64,000 nt of DNA, taken from NCBI GenBank assembly GCA_031425455.1, contig JANPJJ010000152.1:1411-65410 (forward strand). The letters run 5' to 3'. The notes under the pieces are model-generated. The model saw only the letters and a list, made by a program, of their open reading frames with translations, did not search any database and was not told the origin of the DNA. A program made the translations under genes and the position numbers. Source of the stretch: Sandaracinobacter sp. GTDB lineage: Bacteria > Pseudomonadota > Alphaproteobacteria > Sphingomonadales > Sphingomonadaceae. Numbering within the stretch: position 1 is the stretch's first letter; each line of letters starts with the position of its first letter. Below are positions 50,903 to 60,900 of this stretch, one piece after another.

Positions 50903-51827
50903 AATGGTCCAGCCGACGCGCGAAGGGCAGGGGGTCCTTGCGCTGCACCAGCGCGGCGGAATGCGGGGCAAGCCAGTCCTGCGCGCGCGACAGCAGGAAG
51001 CGAAGCGACGCCCCCTGCGCCAGCAGCGGGAACGCGGCGCGCTCGGCAGCAAGGCGCGGACGCACCGAATCATAGCCCTCGAACAGCGCGGCTTCATGCG
51101 CCGGGAGCGGCGCGGTCCCGTCCGGGGGAAAGGCCCAGGCGGCATGCAGCACGGCAAGATCATAGGTGAGGATGTCGGTGCAGGCGAAGTAGAAGTCGAT
51201 CAGTCCGGCAATCCGGTCGCCCAGCATCAGCACATTGTCGGGGAACAGGTCGGCGTGGATGGTGCCGACGGGAAGCCCGGCCGGCCAGCCGGCGGACAGG
51301 GCAGCGATCCTGTCGCTCACCTGCGTGGAAAGTCCCGGGGCGATCTCGTCGAGCCGCGCGCCGAGTTCGGCTGCGGTGGCCTGCCACCAGCCGAGGCCCA
51401 GGCCGTTTCGACGGACAGGCGCGAAGTCTGCAGCGGCAAGGTGCAGGCGCGCCAGCGCCTCGCCCACCGCGCGCGCCTGCGCCGGCGTGGGCTCCGTCAA
51501 CGAGACCCCGGGCAGATATTGCACCAGGCAGGCGGCCTTCCCCTCCAGCGTCTGCAGCGCCTGGCCCTGCTTGTCCCGGATCGGGCGCGGCACGGGAATG
51601 TCGCGCTCGGCCAGATGCTCCATCAGGGCGATGAAGAAGGGCAGCTCGGCGACATCGATGCGGCGTTCGTACAGCGTGAGCACGAAACGGGCGGTGTCGG
51701 TCTCAACGAGGAAGTTGCTGTTGGAGACGCCCTCGGCGATGCCCTTGGCCGACAGCAGGGCGCCGGTTTCGTAGCGCTGGAGGAAGCGCTCCAATGCCTC
51801 GGCCGGAACTGCCGTATAAACTGCCAC
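50886..51827 (-). CDS. thrB: Homoserine kinase (type II)
   Basis: [46 protein letters not shown]; between ispH and rnhA. Confidence 0.96.
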   Translation of the reverse strand: MAVYTAVPAEALERFLQRYETGALLSAKGIAEGVSNSNFLVETDTARFVLTLYERRIDVAELPFFIALMEHLAERDIPVPRPIRDKQGQALQTLEGKAACLVQYLPGVSLTEPTPAQARAVGEALARLHLAAADFAPVRRNGLGLGWWQATAAELGARLDEIAPGLSTQVSDRIAALSAGWPAGLPVGTIHADLFPDNVLMLGDRIAGLIDFYFACTDILTYDLAVLHAAWAFPPDGTAPLPAHEAALFEGYDSVRPRLAAERAAFPLLAQGASLRFLLSRAQDWLAPHSAALVQRKDPLPFARRLDHYARLA

Positions 51828-51836
51828 GCCGGGGGC

Positions 51837-52799
51837 TCAGGCCGCGGCGAGCGCGCGGGGCAGCTTGAAGACGACTTCCTCGGTCGCGGTGGTCACTTCC
51901 TGGATGGTAACGGCGAAGCGGGCCCGCAGCGCATCGAGCACTTCCTGCACCAGCACTTCGGGGGCGGACGCGCCGGCAGTCAGGCCGAGCCGGGTGACGC
52001 CCTCGAACCAGGCCCAGTCGATGAAGGTTGCGCGCTGGATCAGGTGGGCACGGGCGCCCTCGCGAGCGGCGACTTCGCGCAACCGCTGCGAATTGCTGCT
52101 GTTCTCGGCGCCGATCACCAGCACCAGCTGGCAGTCGGCAGCGATCGCCTTCACCGCAGTCTGGCGGTTGGACGTGGCGTAGCAGATGTCCTCCCCCTTG
52201 GGGCCCTGGATCGCCGGAAAACGGCGCTGCAACGTGGCGACGATGTCGGCCGTATCGTCGACGGAAAGGGTGGTCTGGGTGAGAAATCCCAGCGGCGCCT
52301 GCGGGGGGGACACGGCCCCTGCATCGTCCACGGTCTCGATCAGCGTCATCGCGCCGTCGGGTACCTGGCCGAACGTGCCGATCACTTCGGGATGCCCGGC
52401 ATGGCCGACGAACAGGATGTGCCGGCCCTGTTCCACCATCCGCTCGGCCTGGCGATGAACCTTGGAGACGAGCGGGCAGGTGGCATCCAGCCAATCCAGC
52501 CCGCGCTCGCTGGCGCTGGCCGGCACCGACTTGGGGACTCCGTGGGCGGAAAAGATCACCGGCGCCCCATCGGGCACCTCGTCCAGTTCCTTCACGAACA
52601 CTGCGCCCTTGGCCTTCAGGCTGTCCACCACGAAACGGTTGTGCACGATCTCGTGCCGCACGAACACGGGGGCGCCATGCTTCTTGAGCGCAAGCTCGAC
52701 GATCTGGATCGCGCGCTCCACGCCGGCGCAGAAACCGCGCGGCGCGGCAACGGAAACAGCAAGCGGAGGCAATGTTGCAGCAACGGAATGTTCGGTCAT
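51837..52799 (-). CDS. ispH: 4-hydroxy-3-methylbut-2-enyl diphosphate reductase
   Basis: [54 protein letters not shown]. Confidence 0.98.
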   Translation of the reverse strand: MTEHSVAATLPPLAVSVAAPRGFCAGVERAIQIVELALKKHGAPVFVRHEIVHNRFVVDSLKAKGAVFVKELDEVPDGAPVIFSAHGVPKSVPASASERGLDWLDATCPLVSKVHRQAERMVEQGRHILFVGHAGHPEVIGTFGQVPDGAMTLIETVDDAGAVSPPQAPLGFLTQTTLSVDDTADIVATLQRRFPAIQGPKGEDICYATSNRQTAVKAIAADCQLVLVIGAENSSNSQRLREVAAREGARAHLIQRATFIDWAWFEGVTRLGLTAGASAPEVLVQEVLDALRARFAVTIQEVTTATEEVVFKLPRALAAA

Positions 52800-52917
52800 G
52801 CCCACCCCTTTAAGCGAACATTCACCAGCCATGAAGCCCCTTCCCAATCCTATCGCCGCAAGCCTAAGGGGGGCCGCGGACCGGATCAGGAGACTATGGT
52901 TGTCGAAGGCTGTCATC

Positions 52918-53523
52918 ATGTTGGGCGTTGCCGTGGCAGCGCTCGCGCTTGCCGGGTGCAACAGGAACCCGCTGCTGGTGAAACGCTCGCCGTGCCCGGC
53001 GGTCGCGATCCCCACCTATGTCGGCCAGGTCACGCAGTTCAACCCGCCGCAAAGCCGCAACGCGGACGCGATCGACCTGACGGCGCAGATCACCGACGTA
53101 ACCGGCACCTGCATCGAAGGGCCGGAGTATCTCGCGACTGACGTGGCCTTCACCGTCACGGCGCAGCGGCGTCAGGCCGGGCCGGCCAAGGAAGTCTATC
53201 TGCCGATCTTCGTGGCGCTGGCCCAGGGCGGGAATGTGCTGGTCTCCAAGCAGCTGACCGGCGTGATGCTGCAGTTTCCCGAAGGTGCGTATCGGACCGA
53301 GGCGCGCGGCGGCGCGCGCGCCCAGGTGCATCGTTCGGCCGTGACATTGCCGGCCGATGTCCAGCAGCGCATCACGCGCGAGCGCAAGGCCGAGGAGCCC
53401 GATGCGTTGGTCGATCCCCTGGCGGACCCGCAGGTGCGGGCGGCGGTCAGGGCGGCGAGTTTCGAAATCCTGGTCGGATTTCAGCTCGACGATGCGAGCC
53501 TGGCCTATAACGTCGCTAAATGA
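52918..53523 (+). CDS. Conserved putative lipoprotein
   Basis: Lipobox LAG-C ([14 protein letters not shown]), CPAVAIP; alternative start ATG 52831. Confidence 0.8.
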   Translation: MLGVAVAALALAGCNRNPLLVKRSPCPAVAIPTYVGQVTQFNPPQSRNADAIDLTAQITDVTGTCIEGPEYLATDVAFTVTAQRRQAGPAKEVYLPIFVALAQGGNVLVSKQLTGVMLQFPEGAYRTEARGGARAQVHRSAVTLPADVQQRITRERKAEEPDALVDPLADPQVRAAVRAASFEILVGFQLDDASLAYNVAK

Positions 53524-53711
53524 GCGCTGCGACGCTGCGCCACAGGCGCATGATCAACACTCATGGCTGATAGACGATGTGGGGCGTGCCGCCGCTGACC
53601 GGCGCGTTGCACCGGCGGCCAGGCATTGCCGCTTCTGATTGGCGCCGGGAAGGTGTCGCACCCAGATATGTCAAGTCTGCAACACGGCGCCGCCGTCATA
53701 ACGGAGTTCTT

Positions 53712-54602
53712 ATGCCGCATCGGCGCAACATCGACATCGATCTTCTCCGCAGTTTCGTCACCATCGTCGAAGTCAAAAGCTTCACCCGCGCTGCCGACCG
53801 CCTGCTGCGAACGCAATCTGCGGTAAGCCTGCAGATGAAGCGGCTGGAAGAGCAGCTTGCCTGCCGGCTGTTCGAGCGCGGCGGGCGCGGCGTGGAGCCG
53901 ACGGAGGCCGGCGCCCTTTTGCTGGGCTATGCGCGCCGGATCCTCGCCGCCAACGATGAGCTTGTCGGACGAATGGCGGAGCCGCTGGTGGAAGGCAGCG
54001 TGTCGATCGGCGCGCCAGAAGGCTTTTCGACCGAACATCTTGCGCCCGTGCTTGCGCGGTTCGCTCGCGCGTTCCCCAAGGTGAAGCTGTCGCTCCGCAC
54101 CGGGGCGATCGACCCGTTGCGGCAGGCCTATGGTGCCGGTCAACTCGACCTTCTGATCGAGGCGGGAGTGGACGACGCCCCTTCAACGCCGGCGGCGGCG
54201 CAGGCACTCAGCCGCGAAGCGCTGGTTTGGTGCGTGGCCGATGGCGCCGAGCCCGAGGTCAGCACCGGGACAGCTGCGGAGCCCTTGCGCCTGGTACTGT
54301 CCACCGCGCCGTGCCCGGTGCGCGAGGCGGCCGTGGCCGCGCTGGAAAAGTCGGCCATTCCCTATCGCATCACGTTCGAGACGGGATCGCGCGCCGGCAT
54401 GCAGTCGGCGGTCGGTGCCGGGCTTGGCATCGGCGTGCTGCCTAGGAGCAGCCTTCTTGCCGGGATGCACCGGCTGAACTCGGCAGAGGGGCTCCCGCCG
54501 CTGCCGGTGATGACAACGTCGCTGGTGGCGCGCGAGGGGGCCGGCGTGGCAGCCGGGCGGCTGTGCTCGTTCCTGGTGAGCGTGTTCGATGCCGGTGCCT
54601 GA
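53712..54602 (+). CDS. LysR family transcriptional regulator
   Basis: DIDLLRSFV, SFTRAA..L.RTQSAVSLQMKRLE, LFER; GGAG RBS. Confidence 0.94.
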   Translation: MPHRRNIDIDLLRSFVTIVEVKSFTRAADRLLRTQSAVSLQMKRLEEQLACRLFERGGRGVEPTEAGALLLGYARRILAANDELVGRMAEPLVEGSVSIGAPEGFSTEHLAPVLARFARAFPKVKLSLRTGAIDPLRQAYGAGQLDLLIEAGVDDAPSTPAAAQALSREALVWCVADGAEPEVSTGTAAEPLRLVLSTAPCPVREAAVAALEKSAIPYRITFETGSRAGMQSAVGAGLGIGVLPRSSLLAGMHRLNSAEGLPPLPVMTTSLVAREGAGVAAGRLCSFLVSVFDAGA

Positions 54603-54692
54603 TCGCTCGGGCGCCGACTGGAGTTCCTTGACGCAACGGGCCTGCGGCGATTATGGCCCCCCTCCCGTTCTTCGGAACGATCGAGGCTGTGT

Positions 54693-54770
54693 GGCGACCG
54701 TAGCTCAGTTGGTTAGAGCGCCGGTTTGTGGTACCGGAGGTCGCGGGTTCAAGACCCGTCGGTCGCCCCA
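54693..54770 (+). tRNA. tRNA-His (GTG) with encoded G-1
   Basis: G-GCGACCG...CGGTCGC-C-CCA; anticodon loop TTGTGGT; G-1:C73. Confidence 0.96.
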
Positions 54771-54824
54771 GCCGCCGGGAAATTTGCCCGGAAATCATGG
54801 TATTGCAGGATAGGCACCGGCAGC

Positions 54825-54980
54825 ATGCGCGACACCGGCTATGGAATTCTGCTGATGCTCGGTCTTTTTGTCGGGCTGGGCGTCGGCATCGCAGTGGGGG
54901 AGCCTTCGGCCGGCGTCGTCATCGGCCTCGGGATCGGCGGTCTCGTCGCCCTGGGGCTGCGCCTCCGCGCCCGGGGCTGA
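54825..54980 (+). CDS. Small two-TM membrane protein (51 aa)
   Basis: MRDTGYGILLMLGLFVGLGVGIAVGEPSAGVVIGLGIGGLVALGLRLRARG; glycine-zipper helices and basic C-terminus. Confidence 0.62.
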   Translation: MRDTGYGILLMLGLFVGLGVGIAVGEPSAGVVIGLGIGGLVALGLRLRARG

Positions 54981-55005
54981 TCCCGGCCGAGTCGCGCACC
55001 GGCTT

Positions 55006-55701
55006 TCAGGCCAGCCTTCGCCCAACCCAGAAGACGCGACCGATCAGTCGCAACCGCTGCGGATCGCAATCCGGGAACGACGGGTAGGCAGCATTGTCGG
55101 AGAGGATCGCAATGCGCCGGGTAACCGGGTTGACCGAGAGCCGCTTCACCAGCAGGGCACCGTCGCTTTCGATCACATAGAGCCCGTCGCGGGGCGATCG
55201 GTTGTCGTGGGTGTCGACCAGGATCTGGTCCCCCGCGACGAAGGTCGGTGCCATGCTGTCTCCCTCCACCAGGTGCGCGGCGAGCGCAGGCCCGCGGCCG
55301 CCGCCGACCCGGCGCAGGAACTGCCGATCGATGATCAGCGGTTCCGGCAGGGCCGAGCGCGAGGGAAGATAGGGGATTGCCGCAAAGCAGCTGGTCGGCG
55401 GCACGACATCGTCCGGCGCCAGGGTGACAGCCGGGGAGGGCAGGTCGTGATTGCCGTCCGGGGCACCGAGCAGTGATTCGCTGACTCCGAAGTGCAGGGC
55501 GAGGAGGCGGCGATCGGTTTCCGACAGCCGGCGCGGCACGCCGCGTTTGATGAACTGCTGGATATAGGCAGGATTGCGGCCGATGCGGCGCGACAGCGCG
55601 GCATAGCCCTCTCCGGAACTCCGGATCAGCTCCGCCAGCCGCTCCCGAACCTCAAGATTGGCCCGAACCTCAAGATTGGCCCGAGCCTCTAGGTTAGCCA
55701 T
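55006..55701 (-). CDS. HTH + S24 peptidase (CI/LexA-like) repressor
   Basis: N-terminal ALSRRIGRNPAYIQQF HTH; C-terminal VEGDSMAPT (Ser), DGLYV, LLVKRL (Lys), SDNAAY. Confidence 0.88.
   Translation of the reverse strand: MANLEARANLEVRANLEVRERLAELIRSSGEGYAALSRRIGRNPAYIQQFIKRGVPRRLSETDRRLLALHFGVSESLLGAPDGNHDLPSPAVTLAPDDVVPPTSCFAAIPYLPSRSALPEPLIIDRQFLRRVGGGRGPALAAHLVEGDSMAPTFVAGDQILVDTHDNRSPRDGLYVIESDGALLVKRLSVNPVTRRIAILSDNAAYPSFPDCDPQRLRLIGRVFWVGRRLA
55645..55698. repeat. 18-bp tandem repeat x3 encoding ANLEAR-ANLEVR-ANLEVR
   Basis: ccgaacctcaagattggc twice exactly (55645-55680), third copy with 4 mismatches. Confidence 0.9.
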
Positions 55702-55765
55702 GTCCGCGGCGCCCCTCTCCCGATCACCACGATCTCGTTCTACCATAATTATTCGCCTAGACTAG

Positions 55766-55791
55766 TAGGAAAATACCTACCAACTTTCCTA
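55766..55791. promoter_or_regulatory. Putative tandem operator between the repressor and cro-like gene
   Basis: TAGGAAaaTACCTA overlapping TACCAActTTCCTA; the whole 26 bp is flanked by the TAGGAAA/TTTCCTA dyad. Confidence 0.55.
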
Positions 55792-55881
55792 TCGTTCGAG
55801 TCGCGCGACGGCCAGGGGGAAGTCGGTCGGGGTCGTCGCGCGAAAGGTGGAAACAGGGTCGCTTTTAGGAGTGCGCGCGCC

Positions 55882-56145
55882 ATGTCGCTGTTGCTTGCCA
55901 TCGAGACCTGCCTGAGATTGACCAATGTGCCGGCATCCCGGTTCGGACGTGAGAGCGTGAAGGACCCGCGGCTGGTCCATGATCTGCGCCGCGGCCGCCA
56001 GCCCGGCCCCGTGATGGAACGGCGCGTGAAGCGATATATTGCGGACGCGATCGCCGCCCTGCCGGAAAGCGAGGGCAAGCGGAATGCCATCCGCCGGTTC
56101 GGGATACGGCCCGGCTCCGCCGGCGGCCTGGCGGGAACCCTTTGA
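55882..56145 (+). CDS. Small Cro-like HTH protein
   Basis: ASRFGRESVKDPRLVHDLRRGRQP helix-turn-helix-like segment; TAGGAG RBS; divergent from the S24 repressor. Confidence 0.72.
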   Translation: MSLLLAIETCLRLTNVPASRFGRESVKDPRLVHDLRRGRQPGPVMERRVKRYIADAIAALPESEGKRNAIRRFGIRPGSAGGLAGTL

Positions 56146-56546
56146 TGCGGAACCAGTTGACCGATGCCCACATCCGGTTGCTGCGCGGTGTGCGGGCGGT
56201 GATCGCAGCCGACAGCTGGTTCGATCCGTGGATGTCCGAAGCTCCGGACGCGGCGTCCCGGCCGTCTCCGTCGCCATCTCTGGTGATCGAGGATTTTGCC
56301 AGCGAACCTTGGGCCAGCCTGACGTTCTGCGGCATGCGGCACCGCCTGGACATACGCCTCTCCGGGCCTGCACCGGACGTCGAGACTGCCTATCGGCGCT
56401 TGCGGTCGTTGCTGGACGAGCCGGCGATCGAGCTGCCGGGCCACTTCGTGGCGGAGCTGCAGCTGACGCAGAAGACAGAAGAATTTTACCAGGACGGACA
56501 CATGGGCCTCGCCGTTCAGATCGAAGCGCTGACGATAGAGGAATAG
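56145..56546 (+). CDS. Hypothetical protein coupled to the cro-like gene
   Basis: TGATG overlap; WASLTF.G.RH and LPGHFVAE segments; acidic. Confidence 0.72.
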   Translation: MRNQLTDAHIRLLRGVRAVIAADSWFDPWMSEAPDAASRPSPSPSLVIEDFASEPWASLTFCGMRHRLDIRLSGPAPDVETAYRRLRSLLDEPAIELPGHFVAELQLTQKTEEFYQDGHMGLAVQIEALTIEE

Positions 56547-56772
56547 GAGTGATCCGCAAGACGATATCGGCAGCTATGCAAATGACGACGACAGGATGTG
56601 CCATAGGCAGGTCGAACCGTTAACTATGTTCAGTCCAGCGACGTAGACAGCAGCCTGATCCAGTCTCCCGCGGCACAATCTGAGGCGCGCTCAGAATCTA
56701 CTGGCGCACCGGCGCAGGCTTGCTAGAATTGAGTCGCGCCCAAATCGGTGCGGGACTGTTTCTGGGGCGGGT

Positions 56773-57903
56773 ATGTCCAAACGGCAAGTCGATCAGGGCG
56801 GTGCGGCCAGGCTGCCTGGAAGCGATGCGCGCACAGCCGCCTCGCCTCGGCACCGGGCGGCTGGCGGCCGATCGCTGATGCTGGGCCTGGCAGCGGCCTT
56901 CGCCGTCCAAGCCTGTTCGCCGGAGGCTCCTGCCGACAAGTCGGCCGGCGCCGGCGCACCAGTTGTCCTGCACCGCGTCACCGCCGGCGGCCCCGGCCGC
57001 TTCCAGGCAACGGGCACCGTCCGCCTGCGCCGCGAGACGCCCCTGGCCTTCGTCAGCGATGGCCGCATCCGGGCGATCGAAGTGCGTGCCGGGGATGTTG
57101 TCCGCGCCGGGCAGATGCTGGCCGGTCTGGACCGGACGGCAATCGATGCCGCCGCCGTTTCGGCCGACGCCCGCGCCAGTCAGGCCACTGCGGAGCTGCG
57201 CCGCCAGCGCGAGCTGAACCGCGCGGGGTGGGTTTCCAAGGCCCGGGTCGAAGCCGCCGAGGCCACCGCCCGCGCGGCAGAGGCGGAGCGCAGCGGCGCG
57301 CAGTTCACGCGTCGCTTCGCCAGCATCAACGCGCCCGCCGCCGGGGTTGTGCTGGCACGGCTTGCAGAGCCGGGGCAGACCCTGCCGGCCGGTACCCCCG
57401 TCGTCATCCTGGTCGAATTCGGCAGCGGGTTCGTGCTCCGCGTGCCGCTGGGCGCAGGCGACGCCGCAGGCCTGGCGAGGGGCCAGGCGGCGACGGTCCG
57501 GTTTCGCGATGGCGCAGCGCCCGCGATGGCGGCCCGGATCATCGAGATGGCCGGCAGAGCCGACGAGGCCACCGGCACGTTCCAGATCGAGTTCGCATTG
57601 CCGGCGCATCCGGCCCTGCGCTCCGGGCTGATCGCCGATGTGGAACTGCCGCGCCCGGCAGGCGCCGGCGCGCTCCGAATTCCGGCCTCGGCCCTGTTCG
57701 CGGTTCGCGCCGACGAAGGGTTTGTCTGGATGCTGGACCCGCGAACCGGAAAGGTTGCCGCGCGGCTCGTGAAGCTCGGCCCCGTTTCCGCAGGCGGAGT
57801 CGATGTCGCATCCGGCCTCCGCGCCGGCGAATTCATCGTCGGCGCCGGGGTGGACCGCCTGATCGAAGGCCAGTCCGTGCGACCGGCCGGCGCGGCGCGG
57901 TAG
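56773..57903 (+). CDS. RND efflux periplasmic adaptor (MFP)
   Basis: Lipobox-like VQAC, GDVVRAGQMLA lipoyl half, coiled-coil hairpin, INAPAAGVV, RLVKLG. Confidence 0.92.
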   Translation: MSKRQVDQGGAARLPGSDARTAASPRHRAAGGRSLMLGLAAAFAVQACSPEAPADKSAGAGAPVVLHRVTAGGPGRFQATGTVRLRRETPLAFVSDGRIRAIEVRAGDVVRAGQMLAGLDRTAIDAAAVSADARASQATAELRRQRELNRAGWVSKARVEAAEATARAAEAERSGAQFTRRFASINAPAAGVVLARLAEPGQTLPAGTPVVILVEFGSGFVLRVPLGAGDAAGLARGQAATVRFRDGAAPAMAARIIEMAGRADEATGTFQIEFALPAHPALRSGLIADVELPRPAGAGALRIPASALFAVRADEGFVWMLDPRTGKVAARLVKLGPVSAGGVDVASGLRAGEFIVGAGVDRLIEGQSVRPAGAAR

Positions 57904-57937
57904 GGATGGCAACGCAGCCGCGCGCGAGCCCGGACAT

Positions 57938-60900
57938 TTGAACCGGTTGATCGCCTTTGCCGTCCACCGCTGGCAGGTGACGCTGGTTGTGTTCGGCCTG
58001 GTCGCGGCCTTGGGCGCACAGGCGTTCCTGTCGATCCCGCGATCGGTCGATCCGCATTTCAAGGCGCCGTTCGTGCTGATCATCGCGATTCTTCCGGGCG
58101 CAGATCCGGCCGATATCGAGCAGACCGTCGCCAAGCCGATCGAGGACGCGCTCGCCGGTCTCGACAATATCTCCGAACTCGCCTCCTCCTCGTCCGACGG
58201 GCAGGCGGTGGTGACCGCGGAATTCACCTGGGAGTCCGACCCGGACCGCAATTTCGATGAAGCCGTTCGCGAGGTGAATGCGATCCGGGCGCAACTGCCG
58301 TCGGGCATCCAGCGGCTGGAATATCGGCGGTTCCGCACCACCGAGGCGGTTGTCGTGCAATATGCCATCGTCTCCGAAACGGCGTCGTGGCGCCGCATGG
58401 AGAAGATGGGGAAAGACCTGAAAGAGGCCTTCCAGCGCCAGCCCGGCGTGCGGACGGCGACCCTATGGGGGGTGCCCCGGCCGGAGCTGCGGGTCTCGGT
58501 CGATCTCGGCCGGCTGGCGCAGCTCGGCATCCCCGTCACGCAGGTCACCGATGCGCTGCGGGTGGGCGGCAGCGACACGCCGCCCGGGCCGCTGAGGTCG
58601 GGCGACCAGCGGCTGAACCTGAAGGCCGGCGGGGCTTTCCGCACGCTGGCCGAAGTCCAGGCGGTGCCGCTTCGCGCCGGCAATGGACGGGTCCTCCGGG
58701 TCGGCGACGTCGCCGACGTGCAGTGGGCCACCGCCGAGCGCAGCCACGCCACTCGCTTCAACGGCAAGCGGGCGATCTGGGTGACCGCGACCCAGAAGGA
58801 CAATGTGAACGTGCTCGACGTGGAGCGGCGGCTGACCGCAGCGGCCGAGGCCTATCGGACGGTGCTGCCGCCCGACGCCCGGCTGGAGCTGGCATTCGAC
58901 CAGTCCGACGATGTGCGGCGCAAGCTGGCGCTGCTCGCCCGGGATTTCGGGCTGGCGCTGGCGCTCGTGCTGCTGACCCTGCTGCCGCTGGGCCCGCGCG
59001 CGTCGCTCGTCGTCATGGTGTCGATCCCGCTCAGCCTCGCCATCGGGGTGCTGGTGATGAACCTGCTGGGCTATACGCTGAACCAGCTGGTGATCACCGG
59101 GTTCATCGTGGCGCTGGGCATCCTCGTGGACGATTCGATCGTGGTGGTCGAAAACATCGCCCGGCACCTGCGGATGGGCTATTCGCGCACCGCAGCGGCG
59201 CTGGCGGGCACCCAGCAGATCGCAGTCGCGGTACTGGGCTGCACGGCGGTCATCATCTTCGCCTTTCTGCCGCTGACGGCGCTGCCGGGCGGTGCGGGAA
59301 AGTTCACCCGCGGGCTGCCGATCGCCGTGATCGCAACCGTCACCGCCTCGCTGCTGGTGTCGCTCACGATCATTCCGTTCCTGGCGTCGCGGCTGCTGTC
59401 GAAAGAGGAGCACCCGGACGGCAACCGGTTCCTGCGCGCGGTCGATGGCGGCATCCACCGTTTCTACGCCCCGCTGCTGCACCGCGCGCTGGAGCGGCCA
59501 AAGACCGCGTTTCTGGCCGCGATGGCCCTGTGCGTGGCAGCGCTCGGCCTGATCCCGGTGCTGGGCACCAGCCTGTTCCCGCCGGCGGACGTGCCCTATT
59601 TCCAGGTGGAGGTTGAGGCATCGGAAGGCAGCGATCTGGGCGCCACCGCTCGCGCCGTCGCGTTCGTCGACCGGACTCTCGCCGCCGAGCCGCTGGTGGC
59701 GACACGCATGTCCAACGTGGGTCGGGGCAATCCGCAGATTTTCTACAATCAGCGCGAAGTCACCCAGCAGTCCAATTTCGGAATGGTGGCAGGAACGCTG
59801 AAGCAATGGGACCCCGAGGAAGGTCCGGCGCTGGTAACCCGGCTGCGCGAACGGTTCGCGACTTACCCGGAGGCGCGGATCGAGCTGGTTCCGTTCCAGA
59901 ACGGGGCGCCCATCGATTCGCCGATCGCCTGGTTCCTCACCGGGCCCGACCTCGACGTGCTGCGCCGCCTGTCGAAGGAGGCCGAAGCTCTCATGCGCGC
60001 GGTGCCGGGAACGGTGGATGTGCGAAACCCGCTCGCCTTCGACCGGCTCGACCTGGATCTGGGCCTGGACGCCGACAAGGCGGCGCTGCTGGGCGTGTCG
60101 CCGGCGGCCGCCCGGCGGGTCACCCGGCTCGCCCTCGCGGGGGAGCCGGCCGGCCGGTTCCGCGATGCCGAGGGGGATAGCTACGACGTCGTGGTGCGGC
60201 TGCCGCAGCCAGACTTCACCGGGGTCGCGCCGGGCGAGCGGCTCGGCGCGATCCAGGATGTGGACGCCCTGTCGCGGGTCTATGTACCGACGTCGGCGGG
60301 CGAGGCCGTGCCGCTGCCGGCGATCGCCTCGCCCCGGCTGACCGGCGGGCCTGCCTCCATCAACCGCTATGGCCAGCAGCGCAGCGTGGGGCTTACCTCC
60401 AATGTCGCCGACGGCTATCTGACGTCGCGGGTGAACGAGGAGGTGGGTGCGCAGTTCAACGCGATGAAGCTGCCGCCCGGATACGCCTTCGTGCTCGGCG
60501 GGGAGGCGGCGGAACAGGCCGAAAGTTTCGGCGGCCTGGGCGGGGTGATCCTGCTTGCCGCCTTCGGCATCTTCGGCGTGCTGGTACTGGAGTTCGGCCG
60601 CTTCCGCGAGACGGTGGTGGTGGCGGGCGTGGTGCCGCTGGGCATGTTCGGCGGGCTGATCGCCTTGTGGCTGACAGGCAATTCGATCAGCTTCACTGCG
60701 ATCATCGGATTCGTTGCGCTGATTGGGATCGAAATCAAGAATTCGATCCTTCTGGTCGACTTCACCACGCAACTGCGCCAGCAGGGGATGGAGCTTCGCC
60801 CGGCGATCGAACGCGCCGGCGAAGTGCGCTTCTTGCCGGTGCTGCTTACCAGCGTGACGGCGGTGCTGGCGCTGCTGCCGCTGGCGCTGTCGGGTTCCGG

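Noticed and set aside
50661-53141. 826-aa plus-strand ORF
   Set aside because: Antisense shadow of rnhA-thrB-ispH.
53524-53711. Riboswitch (e.g. cobalamin) upstream of the second LysR gene
   Set aside because: Only a GGGAAGG-like fragment; the other conserved B12-element motifs are absent.
54693-56546. Prophage integrated at tRNA-His
   Set aside because: No integrase, no duplicated tRNA 3' end in the window, no structural genes and no compositional shift; kept only as a CI/Cro-like module.
56700-56730. Sigma54 promoter for the RND operon (CGGCGC...TTGCT)
   Set aside because: GG-to-GC spacing is 9 nt, not the required 10.
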